Shown: positions 17,708 through 28,960 of the stretch, piece by piece
Numbering within the stretch: the first letter of the stretch is position 1
Layout: each line of letters begins with the position of its first letter
NCBI RefSeq assembly: GCF_028368995.1
Contig: NZ_JAQNDL010000002.1
Coordinates: forward strand, 896,001 to 960,000
Direction of reading: 5' to 3'
DNA length: 64,000 bases
Origin: Nannocystis bainbridge
GTDB taxonomy: Bacteria; Myxococcota_A; Polyangia; Nannocystales; Nannocystaceae
The notes under the pieces: generated by a model
Told to the model about the DNA's origin: nothing
What the model saw: the letters and a program-made list of their open reading frames with translations, nothing else
Database searches by the model: none
Position numbers and translations under genes: made by a program

Positions 17708-20700
17708 TCAGACCGGCGCGAGCATCAGCAGGAGGTCGCCGGCGTCGAGGTTGTCGCCGACGGCGACGGCGAAGCGGCGCACGGTGCCGGGGTGCGGGGC
17801 GGCGACGACGGTCTCCATCTTCATGGCGGAGAGCACGACCAGCGGGGCGCCGGCGGCCACCTTGTCGCCGACGGCGACGCGCAGCTCGGTGACGGCGCCG
17901 GGCATCGGGGCGGCGACGGCGGCGGGGTCGTCGGGGGTGGCGCGCTCGCGCTGCTTGACGGTCTGGACCGCCGACTTGTCGGCGATCCGCAGCGAGCGCG
18001 GCTGGCCGTTGAGCTCGAAGAAGACGTCGCGCTGGCCGTCGGGGCCGAGCTCGCCGACCGCCTTCATGCGCACGATCAGCGTCTTGCCTTGCTCGATCTC
18101 CACGCTGAGCTCCTCGCCGACCGGCAGCCCGGCGAAGAAGGCCCGCGTCGGCAGCCGCGAGACGTCGGCGAACTGGGCGCGGAACGCCAGGTACTCGCGG
18201 AACACGGTCGGGTAGAGCGCGCCCGAGACGATGTCGACGTCGCGCAGCGGCATGCTGGCGAGCTGCTGCAGCTCGGCGGCGAGGGTCTCGAAGTCGAGGT
18301 CGGGTAGCGAGGCGCCGGGGCGGCCCTCGAAGGTCGGGCGGCCGCGCAGGACCTTGGTGCGCAGCGGCTCGGGGAAGCCGCCGTGGGGCTGGCCGAGGTG
18401 GCCCTGGAAGAACTCGACGACGGAGCTGGGGAACGAGAGGGTCTCGGCCTGCGCGAGCACGGCGGCCTCGTCGAGGTCGTTCTGGACCATGAACTGGGCC
18501 AGGTCGCCGACGACCTTGGAGGACGGGGTGACCTTGATGATGTCGCCGAGCAGGCGGTTGGCGGCCGCGTAGGCGCGCTTGATCGCCGGCCAGCGGGAGG
18601 CGAGGCCGAGGGCGTTGGCCTGGAACTGCAGGTTGGTGAGCTGACCGCCGGGCATCTCGTGCAGGTACACGTCGGCGCTGCCGCTGAGGTTGCCGGCCTC
18701 GAAGGGGGCGTAGAGCGAGCGCGCCTGCTCCCAGTAGGTGCCGATCGGCGAGAGGTCGGCGATGTCGAGGCCGGTGTCGCGGTCGCTGCCGTGGAGCGCG
18801 GCGACGAGGGCCCCGAGGGCCGGCTGCGAGGTGACGCCGGCCATGGTGGTGATCGCGGCGTCGACGATGTCGGCGCCGGCCATGGCGGCGGCGAGCATGG
18901 AGGCGACGCCGGTGCCGGCGGTGTCGTGGGTGTGGACGTGGATCGGGACGGCGGGGTGGGCGGCGCGCAGGGCCTCGACGAGGATCATGGCGGCGCGCGG
19001 GCGCAGCAGGCCCGCCATGTCCTTGATGGCGAGCACGTGGGTGCCCATCTCGACCAGCTTGCCGGCGAGGTCGACGTAGTACTGCAGGGAGTACTTGGTG
19101 CGCCCGGGGTCGGCGACGTCGCCGCTGTAGCAGAGCGCGGCCTCGATCACGCCGCCGGCCTCGCCGACGGCGTCGACGCCGAGCTTGAGGTTCTCGGTGT
19201 AGTTGAGGCAGTCGAAGATCCGAAACACGTCGACGCCGCGCTCGGCCGAGTGGCGGACGAACCGGCGCACGACGTTGTCGGGGTAGTTGGTGTAGCCGAC
19301 GGCGTTGGCGCCGCGCAGCAGCATCTGGAACGGGATGTTGGGGACGAGCTCGCGCAGGCGCTCGAGGCGATCCCACGGGTCCTCGCGGAGGAAGCGGAGG
19401 GCGACGTCGAAGGTGGCGCCGCCCCACATCTCGAGGCTGAAGGCCGGGGCCAGCACGCGGGCGGTGGCCGGGGCGATGGCGAGGAGGTCGATGGTGCGGA
19501 CGCGGGTGGCGAGCAGCGATTGATGGGCGTCGCGCCAGGTGGTGTCGGTGAGGAGCAGGCCAGGGTGAGCGCGCACGGCGGCGGCGAACGCCGCGGGGCC
19601 CTTGGCGCGCAGGAGGTCGCGCCAGCCGGCCAGCGGGGCGCCTTCGCGGGCCTCGGGGACCTCGGGGTCGATGCGCGCGGGCGGGGTCTGGGTGGCCCAC
19701 GGGGTAGTGGGGCCGTTGACGGCGACCTCGGCGAGGAAGCGCAGCAGTCGCTGGGCGCGGTTGCGTCGCGCGGGCAGATCGAAGAGCTCGGGGGTGCCGT
19801 CGACGAAGCCGGTGGTGATGTCGCCGGCGACGAACTTGGGGTGGCCGAGGACGTTTTGAAGGAAGGGGATGTTGGTCTTGACGCCGCGGATCCGGAACTC
19901 GGCCAGCGCGCGCAGGAGCTTGTGCCGCGCGACCTCGAAGGTGTTGCCGCGCGCGGTGACTTTGACGAGCAGCGAGTCGTAGTGCGGCGTGATGACGGCG
20001 CCGCTGTAGCCCGAGCCGCCGTCGAGGCGGATGCCCATGCCGCTGGCCGAGCGGTAGGCCTCGATGCGGCCGGTGTCGGGGCGGAACTGGGCGCGGGGAT
20101 CTTCGGTGGTGATCCGGCACTGGATGGCGTGGCCGCGCGCCACGATCGCGCCCTGGTGGAGGCCGAGATCGGCCAGGGTGGCGCCGCCGGCGATCCGGAT
20201 CTGGGCCTGGACGAGATCGACGCCGGTGATCTCCTCGGTGACGGTGTGCTCGACCTGGATCCTCGGGTTGACCTCGATGAAGTAGTGGCGGCCGTCGCCA
20301 TCGACCAGGAACTCGACGGTGCCGGCGTTCTCGTAGCCGACGGCGCGGGCGAGCCTGAGGGCGTCGCCGTGCAGGCCGTCACGTGTCTCTCGGGACAGGC
20401 CGAGCGCGGGCGCCATCTCGACGACCTTCTGGTGGCGGCGCTGGACCGAGCAGTCGCGCTCGAACAGGTGCACGACCTCGCCGGTGCGATCGCCGAGGAT
20501 CTGCACCTCGACGTGGCGGGCGGCGCCGACGAACCGCTCGAGGAAGACGGTGCCGTCGCCGAAGGCGGCCTTGGCCTCGCTGGCGGCGCGCGTGAAGGCC
20601 TCGTCGAGCTCGTCGGCGCTGCGGACGACCCGCATGCCGCGGCCGCCCCCGCCCATGGCGGCCTTGACGATGATCGGGAAGCCGTGGGCGGCCGCGAACG

Positions 20701-21157
20701 CGCGGGCGGCCGGGAGGTCGGGGACAGGGCCGTCGCTGCCGGGGACGACGGGCACGCCGCTGGCGATGGCGAGCGCGCGGGCGGCGGTCTTGTCGCCGAA
20801 CGTGTCGAGGGCGGCGGCGGAGGGGCCGACGAAGGCGATGCCGGCGGCCTCGCAGGCGCGCGCGAGGGCGCTCTTCTCCGACAAAAACCCATAGCCGGGG
20901 TGGATGGCGTCGACGCCGTGGGCGGCGGCGAGGTCGACGATCGCCTCGATGTCGAGGTAGGCGCCCACCGGAGTCTTGCCCTTGCCGACCAGGTAGGCCT
21001 CGTCGGCCTTGTAGCGGTGGAGGTGGACGCGATCTTCGTGGCTGAAGATCGCCACGGTGCGGATCCCCAGCTCGGTGGCGGCGCGGAACACCCGAATCGC
21101 GATCTCGCCGCGGTTGGCACACAGGAGCTTGCGGATCGGTCGCTTCGTCAGGGCCAT
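17708..21157 (-). CDS. pyc: Pyruvate carboxylase
   Basis: Biotin carboxylase (ANRGEIAIR, HPGYGFLSE, RDCSVQRRHQK), carboxyltransferase (RDAHQSL, WGGATFD, HTHDT), biotin attachment AMKM. Confidence 0.97.
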   Translation of the reverse strand: MALTKRPIRKLLCANRGEIAIRVFRAATELGIRTVAIFSHEDRVHLHRYKADEAYLVGKGKTPVGAYLDIEAIVDLAAAHGVDAIHPGYGFLSEKSALARACEAAGIAFVGPSAAALDTFGDKTAARALAIASGVPVVPGSDGPVPDLPAARAFAAAHGFPIIVKAAMGGGGRGMRVVRSADELDEAFTRAASEAKAAFGDGTVFLERFVGAARHVEVQILGDRTGEVVHLFERDCSVQRRHQKVVEMAPALGLSRETRDGLHGDALRLARAVGYENAGTVEFLVDGDGRHYFIEVNPRIQVEHTVTEEITGVDLVQAQIRIAGGATLADLGLHQGAIVARGHAIQCRITTEDPRAQFRPDTGRIEAYRSASGMGIRLDGGSGYSGAVITPHYDSLLVKVTARGNTFEVARHKLLRALAEFRIRGVKTNIPFLQNVLGHPKFVAGDITTGFVDGTPELFDLPARRNRAQRLLRFLAEVAVNGPTTPWATQTPPARIDPEVPEAREGAPLAGWRDLLRAKGPAAFAAAVRAHPGLLLTDTTWRDAHQSLLATRVRTIDLLAIAPATARVLAPAFSLEMWGGATFDVALRFLREDPWDRLERLRELVPNIPFQMLLRGANAVGYTNYPDNVVRRFVRHSAERGVDVFRIFDCLNYTENLKLGVDAVGEAGGVIEAALCYSGDVADPGRTKYSLQYYVDLAGKLVEMGTHVLAIKDMAGLLRPRAAMILVEALRAAHPAVPIHVHTHDTAGTGVASMLAAAMAGADIVDAAITTMAGVTSQPALGALVAALHGSDRDTGLDIADLSPIGTYWEQARSLYAPFEAGNLSGSADVYLHEMPGGQLTNLQFQANALGLASRWPAIKRAYAAANRLLGDIIKVTPSSKVVGDLAQFMVQNDLDEAAVLAQAETLSFPSSVVEFFQGHLGQPHGGFPEPLRTKVLRGRPTFEGRPGASLPDLDFETLAAELQQLASMPLRDVDIVSGALYPTVFREYLAFRAQFADVSRLPTRAFFAGLPVGEELSVEIEQGKTLIVRMKAVGELGPDGQRDVFFELNGQPRSLRIADKSAVQTVKQRERATPDDPAAVAAPMPGAVTELRVAVGDKVAAGAPLVVLSAMKMETVVAAPHPGTVRRFAVAVGDNLDAGDLLLMLAPV

Positions 21158-21314
21158 GGCCCGTCCGGCATAGCAGAGCTCGCGCACGCGCGTGGGACAG
21201 GGTGCGATGACACGGGCCGGGGGCGGGAGAACTCGGTCTGCGCGCGTTCTGGCGCCGGACCTACGCGAGCCGCGCAGGTGGGGCGGCAGGCCCTCCGTGC
21301 GGTATGGTGCAGGT

Positions 21315-22241
21315 GTGACCGAGGAGCCGCTGCCGCGCCTCTACGGCGACTTCGAGCTCGCGCGCCTGATCTGCGCCAACGAGACCGGCCGGATCTATCG
21401 CGGCTTCTTCCGGGGCTTCCGCGCGTCGAACGTGCGCGTGTTCAGCCGCCAGTACACGTGCGACGAGGCGGCGGTGCAGACGTTGCGCGCCGACCTCCAG
21501 GCCGACCGTGTGATGCACAAGTTCGTGACCGGCGGCTCGTGCTACCTGCCGTTCCGCGTCGAGCAGACGGTGCTGCAGGCGATGAGCCCGCGCGAGGGCG
21601 TCGACCTGGGGACGAGGATCGGCGCCTCGGGGCCGATGCCGTGGCCGGAGGCCCGCTCGGTGCTGCTCGACGTGTGCCGCGGGCTGGCCTACGCCCACGC
21701 GCAGCTGATCGTGCACGGCGACCTGAAGCCGGAGAACTGCTTCTGCGAGGAGCCGATGGAGGCCGAGCTGATGGAGGCCGAGCCGGCGGACACTCGCCCG
21801 CGGGTGCTGGTGATGGGCTTCGGGTTGGCCCGCGCGTACCGGCGCGCGTTCCCGGAGTGGCGGGCCGAGCTGGCCGAGGTGTTCGAGCCGTCGACGGTGT
21901 TCCCGGCGTACATGTCGCCGGAGCAAGTGGCCGGCGAACAGCCGACGGTGCGCTCGGACATCTATGCGCTGGGGGTGCTGATGATCCACCTGCTGACGGG
22001 CCAGCGGCCGCGCGCCACCGGGGCGCCGCCGGCGGTCGAGCGGGCCGGCACGCCGGGACCGTACCGCGCGGACGAGGGCAAGCTGTCGCGCGCGCAGGCG
22101 GAGGTGGCGCTCAAGGCGGTGGCCCGCGAGGCGAGCCGCCGCCACCCGAGCGTGTACGACTTCGCGGCGGCGCTGGTCGGGATCGACGGCGGCGACCCGG
22201 CGACCGAGCTGCCCGACTTCCGCCCGCCGGTCGGCCGCTGA
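21315..22241 (+). CDS. Degenerate Ser/Thr kinase-like protein (possible pseudokinase)
   Basis: HGDLKPEN, YMSPEQ and DIYALG present; no Gly-rich loop, no VAxK, DFG replaced by GFG. Confidence 0.7.
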   Translation: MTEEPLPRLYGDFELARLICANETGRIYRGFFRGFRASNVRVFSRQYTCDEAAVQTLRADLQADRVMHKFVTGGSCYLPFRVEQTVLQAMSPREGVDLGTRIGASGPMPWPEARSVLLDVCRGLAYAHAQLIVHGDLKPENCFCEEPMEAELMEAEPADTRPRVLVMGFGLARAYRRAFPEWRAELAEVFEPSTVFPAYMSPEQVAGEQPTVRSDIYALGVLMIHLLTGQRPRATGAPPAVERAGTPGPYRADEGKLSRAQAEVALKAVAREASRRHPSVYDFAAALVGIDGGDPATELPDFRPPVGR

Positions 22242-22250
22242 GCCGCGGCG

Positions 22251-22343
22251 AGGGCATGGCCGATCGGGCATGTTCCCGAGGACATGTGCATCGGGGCATG
22301 TGTTCACGAGCATGTCCCGAAGGGCATGTCTCGAGAGACATGG
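22251..22343. repeat. 14-bp periodic array (7 junctions) between convergent genes
   Basis: CATG at 22255, 22269, 22283, 22297, 22311, 22325, 22339. Confidence 0.92.
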
Positions 22344-22374
22344 TGCTGGCGGGCGCCGCCGCCGAGGCCGACCG

Positions 22375-23973
<1,599 letters not shown>

Positions 23974-24169
23974 CGGCGGCGGACTATATCACCGGCGCCG
24001 TTGCGGCCAAGTCGTGCGTGCCGCGCGAGCCCGGGTGCGTCCCGGGTTGCGCGGCGGCTGTGTCGGTGACGGCCGGCCGATGTGGGCGGCGAGTCCGGCC
24101 CGGGCGTGGTGAGGGAATGGGGGCGAGGCGTGGCGACACGCGGGCCCAATCACCGCCCGCGTGCGCGGC

Positions 24170-26089
24170 TTATGGCGCGACTTCGTAGCGCTGCTGGCGT
24201 TGGCGGAACGCCTCGCGGCCGCCCTCCATCAGGCGCAGGATGTGCTGCTTGACGGTCTCGACGCTGCCCTGCGCGACCTGCCGGGCGTTGCGGCCGTCAG
24301 CCTCGAGCACGATGACCTGCGGGGCCTCGCCGAGGACCGGGAGGTTGGGGTTGTGGGTGATGAAGACGAGCTGCCGCTGGCCGCGGATGGCCGCCAGCTG
24401 CGGGACGATGGCGTCGGTGATGAAGCTGTTGTCGAGGTTGTCCTCGGGTTGGTCGACCAGCAGCGGGGCCTCGCTGTCCATCAGCAGGATCGGCAAGATG
24501 GCGGCGCTCTTCTGCCCGGTCGACAGCTTGTCGCTGCTGCGCCAATCGCCCTGGACCTGCAGCTCGATGCGCGGGATGTCCTCGAGCTCGAGCACGTCGA
24601 GCTCGAACCGCTTGTCGGGGGCCTCGCGCAGGGCCCGGAGCAGCGATTCGGCGAACTCAGGGTTGATCTCGGCGGTCGCGGCGAGCGCGGCGTGGTCGTC
24701 GCGGTCGACGAACTGGCCCAGCTGGACCGGGGTGACCTGGGCGACGAGGCGCTCGATCGGGGCGTTGTACTGCTTGCCCGAGCGGCGCATCACCGCGACC
24801 AAAAACTCGCGGTAGGCGGCGAGGTCGCCGGCGGCGGCGAGGATGATGCGGACCTTGCCGCCGAGGTGGGCGCTGACGTTGCCGGCGGCGGCGCTGCGGC
24901 GGGCGTGACGATCGCCGCGCAGCCGCTGCAGCTCGTCGCGCAGCTCGCCGCGGGTCCGCAAGGTCTGGTCGAGCGTGGCCTGCAGCTCGCCGAGCTCGGC
25001 CTTGCTGGCCGACAGGCGCATGACCTCGCGCGCGGCCTCGTCGCGGGCGGCCAGGCGCGCGCCGCTCTTGGCGGCCACGGTCGCCAGCTCGGCGTAGCGG
25101 GCCTCCTGCGGGGCGTGGGCGGCCGCGAGGGCGGCGGTGGCGTCGTCGACCGAGCGGTCGAGCAGGGCCAGCTTGTCGAGCGGCGACGAGACGTAGAGGT
25201 CGATCTCGACGATCTTGCGCTGGATCTCTCGGGACAGGTCCGCGAGGACATGTCCGTTGGGACCTCTGAGCAGGCCGTCGGGCAGGGCGGTCGACAGCGC
25301 CTTGACCTGCGGCAGGACGGTGTCGCCGATGAGGCCGCGCAGCTTGCCGACGGCGGCGCGGACGCGGTCTAGGGCGGCCTTCTCTTGCTCGCGCAGGGCC
25401 TTGTGCTCGGCGGCGGCCTGCAGCCCGTCGGCCAGGCCGCCCTCGCCGAGCGCCGCGTTGGCGGCGGCGAGCTTGCTCTCCCAGCTCGAGAGGTCGATGA
25501 GGTCGCGCTGGGCGGCGTGCAGGCGGGTGTGGAGGGCGATGATCCGCTGCGCGTTCTCGCGCAAGTGCGAGATGGTCTGGGTCAGCTGGGTCTCGATGGC
25601 GTGGCTCTGCTGGCCGCACAGGCGGTCGATGAGCTCGCGCTGGGCGACCGGGCTCTGGGCGATGTCCTCGATCTGGTTGTGCGAGAAGATGGCGGCGTCG
25701 ACGAGCACGGCGGAGCCGAGCACTTCGGGCCGGACGGGCTTGCCGGCGGCGTCGGTGACCTGCGGGGCGTCGTGGGCCCCGCGGCGGATCTGGTAGACGA
25801 GGCCCTCCTGGCTCTCGAACTCGAGCTCGACGTAGCCGCTGGTCCCGAGGTTGGCGGCGAGCAGGTTCTTGAGCCGGTCGTCGGCCGCCTTGGCGGCGGC
25901 GGTGCCCGATCGCGGGGCGCGGTCGAGGGCGTGGCGGATGAACTCGAGGACGGTGGTCTTGCCGCTGCCGCGACCGCCGATGATGCAGTTCAGGCCGTCG
26001 GCGAAGCGGATGTCGAGCTTGTCGAGGAAGCCGCCGTAGACGCGGAGACGACGCAATTTGTGGTGAACCACGCGGGACCCTCCGCGCAC
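24170..26089 (-). CDS. SMC/ABC-type coiled-coil ATPase (TrlF-like)
   Basis: Walker A GGRGSGKT, long coiled coil, signature LSTGQ, Walker B/D-loop LLVDQPEDNLDN, H-loop ITHNPN. Confidence 0.85.
   Translation of the reverse strand: MRGGSRVVHHKLRRLRVYGGFLDKLDIRFADGLNCIIGGRGSGKTTVLEFIRHALDRAPRSGTAAAKAADDRLKNLLAANLGTSGYVELEFESQEGLVYQIRRGAHDAPQVTDAAGKPVRPEVLGSAVLVDAAIFSHNQIEDIAQSPVAQRELIDRLCGQQSHAIETQLTQTISHLRENAQRIIALHTRLHAAQRDLIDLSSWESKLAAANAALGEGGLADGLQAAAEHKALREQEKAALDRVRAAVGKLRGLIGDTVLPQVKALSTALPDGLLRGPNGHVLADLSREIQRKIVEIDLYVSSPLDKLALLDRSVDDATAALAAAHAPQEARYAELATVAAKSGARLAARDEAAREVMRLSASKAELGELQATLDQTLRTRGELRDELQRLRGDRHARRSAAAGNVSAHLGGKVRIILAAAGDLAAYREFLVAVMRRSGKQYNAPIERLVAQVTPVQLGQFVDRDDHAALAATAEINPEFAESLLRALREAPDKRFELDVLELEDIPRIELQVQGDWRSSDKLSTGQKSAAILPILLMDSEAPLLVDQPEDNLDNSFITDAIVPQLAAIRGQRQLVFITHNPNLPVLGEAPQVIVLEADGRNARQVAQGSVETVKQHILRLMEGGREAFRQRQQRYEVAP
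25226..25264. repeat. 14-bp periodic array inside the ATPase CDS
   Basis: CAGG 25235, CATG 25249, GACC ending near 25264. Confidence 0.7.
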
Positions 26090-26301
26090 AGGTTAGGACC
26101 CATGCGCGATCTCGTCCAGAGCGTCGAAGACGCATTCTCTGGGCCAGATAAAGCCGATCGAGCGCGCGCGGGGATGGCGCGACGGGGGCGAGGGCGGAAA
26201 TCGTCGCTGCGAGATTCGTGGATCCGGGCGCGAGCGCGAGGGCCTGCGGCGGCGCGCGTCGCGGGCGTGGTGCGAGGCGGGCGGGGAAGGTAGCGTCGGG
26301 C

Positions 26302-27417
26302 ATGCTCCGTGTCGCGCCGTGGCTCGCGCTGTTGCTGACGGGATGCGAGGCGATGTCGGGCCGCGAGGCCGGGCCCGAGGTCGCGCCGGTGACCGGGGCG
26401 ACGCTGGCGGAGACCGGGCCGCTGCGGGCCGCGATCGCGGCGGGGGTCCGGCGGCGCAGCGAGAACGAGGCGAGCTACGAGGTCGACGCGTTCGTGGCCG
26501 CGCTGGCGGTCGAGGAGCTGGCGAGCGGGACGGGCGGGGTGCGGGTCGAGCCGGCGGTGGAGCGCGGGGCGCAGGTCGGCTATCGGCTGACCGAGGTGGT
26601 GCCTGGCTCGGTGTACGAGCGGATCGGGCTGCGGACGGGCGACGTGGTCGAGGCGCTCGGCGAGGTCCGACTCGACAGCCCGGGCCGCGCGGCCGGGGCG
26701 CTGGCCCGGCTGGAGCGCGGCGGGCAGGTGACGGTGAGCCGCGACGGGGTCGGGTTCTCGCTCGAGCTGCGGGTCGCAGGCGGGCTGGCGTGGGCGGAGC
26801 TGCTGCGCTCCAGGACAGGTTCGCCAGGACAGGTCGCCGGGGACATGCCCTCGCGGACAGGCCCGTTGGGGCAGGTCCCGGAGGACAGGTGGGTGGCGGA
26901 CGGGGAGCCGCCGGCGGGGCCGCGCGACGGCGAAGCCGGAGGAACGCCGGTGGTGTCGCCGGGCGGCGGGGCGCTGCCGGGGACGCCGACGGGGTCGCGG
27001 CCGACGGGCGCGGGGAAGCCGAGCCGCGGCAGTACGGGCAGCGGGGTGGCGAGTCCTGCCGGTTCGACGGGCACGAGCCCGGCGGGGAAGACGGGGGTGC
27101 AGTGCGCGTCGGCGACGAGCTGCACGCTCGAGAAGCAGCAGTTCGACGCGGCGCTCGCCGACCCGAGCAAGCTCGAGCGCCAGGCGTCGATCTCACCGGC
27201 GCGCGGGGGCTACAAGCTGACCCGCGTGACGCCGGGCAGCACGGTGGCGGCGCTGGGGTTCCGCGCGGGCGACGTGATCGTGTCGGTCAACGGGGCCCGC
27301 CTCGACGACGACATGGCGGCGCTGGGGCTCTACATGGGGCTCGAGGGCACGCGCAAGTTCAACGTGACGTACGAGCGCAACGGGGCGCGCGCGAGCAAGG
27401 CGATCGCGCTGCGGTGA
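26302..27417 (+). CDS. PDZ-containing lipoprotein, GspC-like PDZ domains
   Basis: Lipobox LTGC; two PDZ-like repeats GYRLTEVVPGSVYERIGLRTGDVV and GYKLTRVTPGSTVAALGFRAGDVIVSVNG. Confidence 0.75.
   Translation: MLRVAPWLALLLTGCEAMSGREAGPEVAPVTGATLAETGPLRAAIAAGVRRRSENEASYEVDAFVAALAVEELASGTGGVRVEPAVERGAQVGYRLTEVVPGSVYERIGLRTGDVVEALGEVRLDSPGRAAGALARLERGGQVTVSRDGVGFSLELRVAGGLAWAELLRSRTGSPGQVAGDMPSRTGPLGQVPEDRWVADGEPPAGPRDGEAGGTPVVSPGGGALPGTPTGSRPTGAGKPSRGSTGSGVASPAGSTGTSPAGKTGVQCASATSCTLEKQQFDAALADPSKLERQASISPARGGYKLTRVTPGSTVAALGFRAGDVIVSVNGARLDDDMAALGLYMGLEGTRKFNVTYERNGARASKAIALR
26812..26890. repeat. 14-bp periodic array inside a CDS (6 junctions)
   Basis: CAGG/CATG at 26816, 26830, 26844, 26858, 26872, 26886 in the inter-PDZ linker. 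Confidence 0.88.
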
Positions 27418-27435
27418 GCGGCGAGCGCTTCGGTG

Positions 27436-27481
27436 GATGGCGCATGGGACATGTCCAGAGGGGCATGTCCGAAGTGACAGC
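27436..27481. repeat. 14-bp periodic array between convergent genes
   Basis: GATG 27436, CATG 27450 and 27464, CAGC 27478. Confidence 0.8.
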
Positions 27482-27490
27482 CTCGCGCGC

Positions 27491-27880
27491 TCAGCCGGCG
27501 TCGCCCGCCGCGCTGGCGAGGACGACGGTGTAGCCGTCGCGGTCGCGCAGCCAGATCTCGCGGTGACCGGCGCTCGGGTTGAAGTGGGGCGCGAGCACGA
27601 CCTCGGCGCCGAGGTCGGCGGCGCGGGCGACGGCGGCGTCGAACTGGTCGGTCTCGAACCACAACAGGACGCCGTTGCCGTAGGGGCGCGCGGTCGGGTC
27701 GCCGATCGGGCCGTGGTCGTGCTCGACCTCCCAGCGGTGGAGCTGCAAGATCAGCGCGCCGCGGTGCACCAGCCGCTCGTATTCGCGGCCGCCGTGGTCG
27801 CTCTCGCAGGCGAGGAGGCGCTGGTACCAGCGGCTGCTGGCCTCGACGTCGGCGACGGCGATGAGTGGTTGGGGACGCAT
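27491..27880 (-). CDS. VOC/glyoxalase family protein
   Basis: IAVADVEASSRWYQRLL...LWFETDQFDAAVARA...REIWLRDRDGYTVVL. Confidence 0.85.
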   Translation of the reverse strand: MRPQPLIAVADVEASSRWYQRLLACESDHGGREYERLVHRGALILQLHRWEVEHDHGPIGDPTARPYGNGVLLWFETDQFDAAVARAADLGAEVVLAPHFNPSAGHREIWLRDRDGYTVVLASAAGDAG

Positions 27881-28080
27881 GGGGAGAGGATCGCGGGGCG
27901 TGGTTCGTGGCGTCAAGCGTGGGGGCTCGTCGCTACAGGGCTCGGTTCGCGCGGCGTGGCGGCGGCGACGGATCACGACCGGACAATGAGGCGTGACGGG
28001 GATCACGGGCGCGTGAGGTGCAGGAATCGTCGGCTTCCGCGAGCGTCGCTAAGCACGCGGGCTCGTCCCGCCCTCACGCC

Positions 28081-28791
28081 ATGCCTTCATCGTCGCTCCC
28101 ATCCGTCGCGTTGCTGTTCGCCCTCTCGTCGCTGTCCGCCTGCTCCGCGGCGCGCATGCAGCTCGATCCGGCGTTGACCGCCAGGGCGCCGGAGCAGGCG
28201 GTCAGCGGCTCGGCGTGGGCCCAGTTCCGCAAGCCGGTGACGTACGCCGGCTACACGGCGACGCTGACGAAGGGCGGCTGGAAGACCGAGAAGAGCGCGT
28301 CGGTCGGGCCGTACAAGCGCAAGGAGTCGGAGCAGAACTTCGAGTTCTCGCTGGTCGGCGGGACGCCGGCGAGCTGGGCCGGGTCCTGCTCGTACGGGAC
28401 GAGCAAGCAGGGCGTGCTGTTCCCGATCAGCAACGACGCGGGGCTCGTGTGCACGATGATGCCGCAGGGCGCCGGCGGCTGGCAGCTCGAGCTCCGCAGC
28501 GGGGGCAAGCTGCACGGGCCGAACACGCTGTCGGGGTCGATGACCGACGGGGCGACGACGATGTCGATCGCTATGGTGCACAAGCTGGCCAACGCGGCGT
28601 TCTCGAGCGCGCAGCCGGTCGGCTACGAGATCCGCGACGCGGGCGGTGTGGCGGTCGCGGCGGTGCAGATCTTCAACCCGCAGTTCGTGTGGATCGACCC
28701 GGGGTTGCCGGTGGAGACGCAGACGGCGATCGCGGCGGCCGCGGCGGGGCTGCTGCTGTCGAGCAACGCGGCGTCGGACATCAACGACTAG
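28081..28791 (+). CDS. Hypothetical lipoprotein
   Basis: Lipobox LSAC, GC3-biased frame. Confidence 0.7.
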   Translation: MPSSSLPSVALLFALSSLSACSAARMQLDPALTARAPEQAVSGSAWAQFRKPVTYAGYTATLTKGGWKTEKSASVGPYKRKESEQNFEFSLVGGTPASWAGSCSYGTSKQGVLFPISNDAGLVCTMMPQGAGGWQLELRSGGKLHGPNTLSGSMTDGATTMSIAMVHKLANAAFSSAQPVGYEIRDAGGVAVAAVQIFNPQFVWIDPGLPVETQTAIAAAAAGLLLSSNAASDIND

Positions 28792-28960
28792 GGTCGCGGG
28801 CGCCGGCGCGGGGGCATGGATCGACATGTCCCCGAGGACAGCTCGAGCGCGCGAGGAGCCGCCCGCCGCGACCTGACGCGGGCGCAAGGTCGGGGCGCGC
28901 TCGCCTGGCGCAGACACCGGACGTCGATGTCGTTGTGAACGAGGTTCGCCCTCCCGTACG

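Noticed and set aside
22251-22343. Resemblance of GGACATGTCC to the p53 half-site RRRCWWGYYY
   Set aside because: Bacterial context; the decamer arises at the junction of two 14-bp units, and isolated copies show the unit is TGTCY-N4-RGACA
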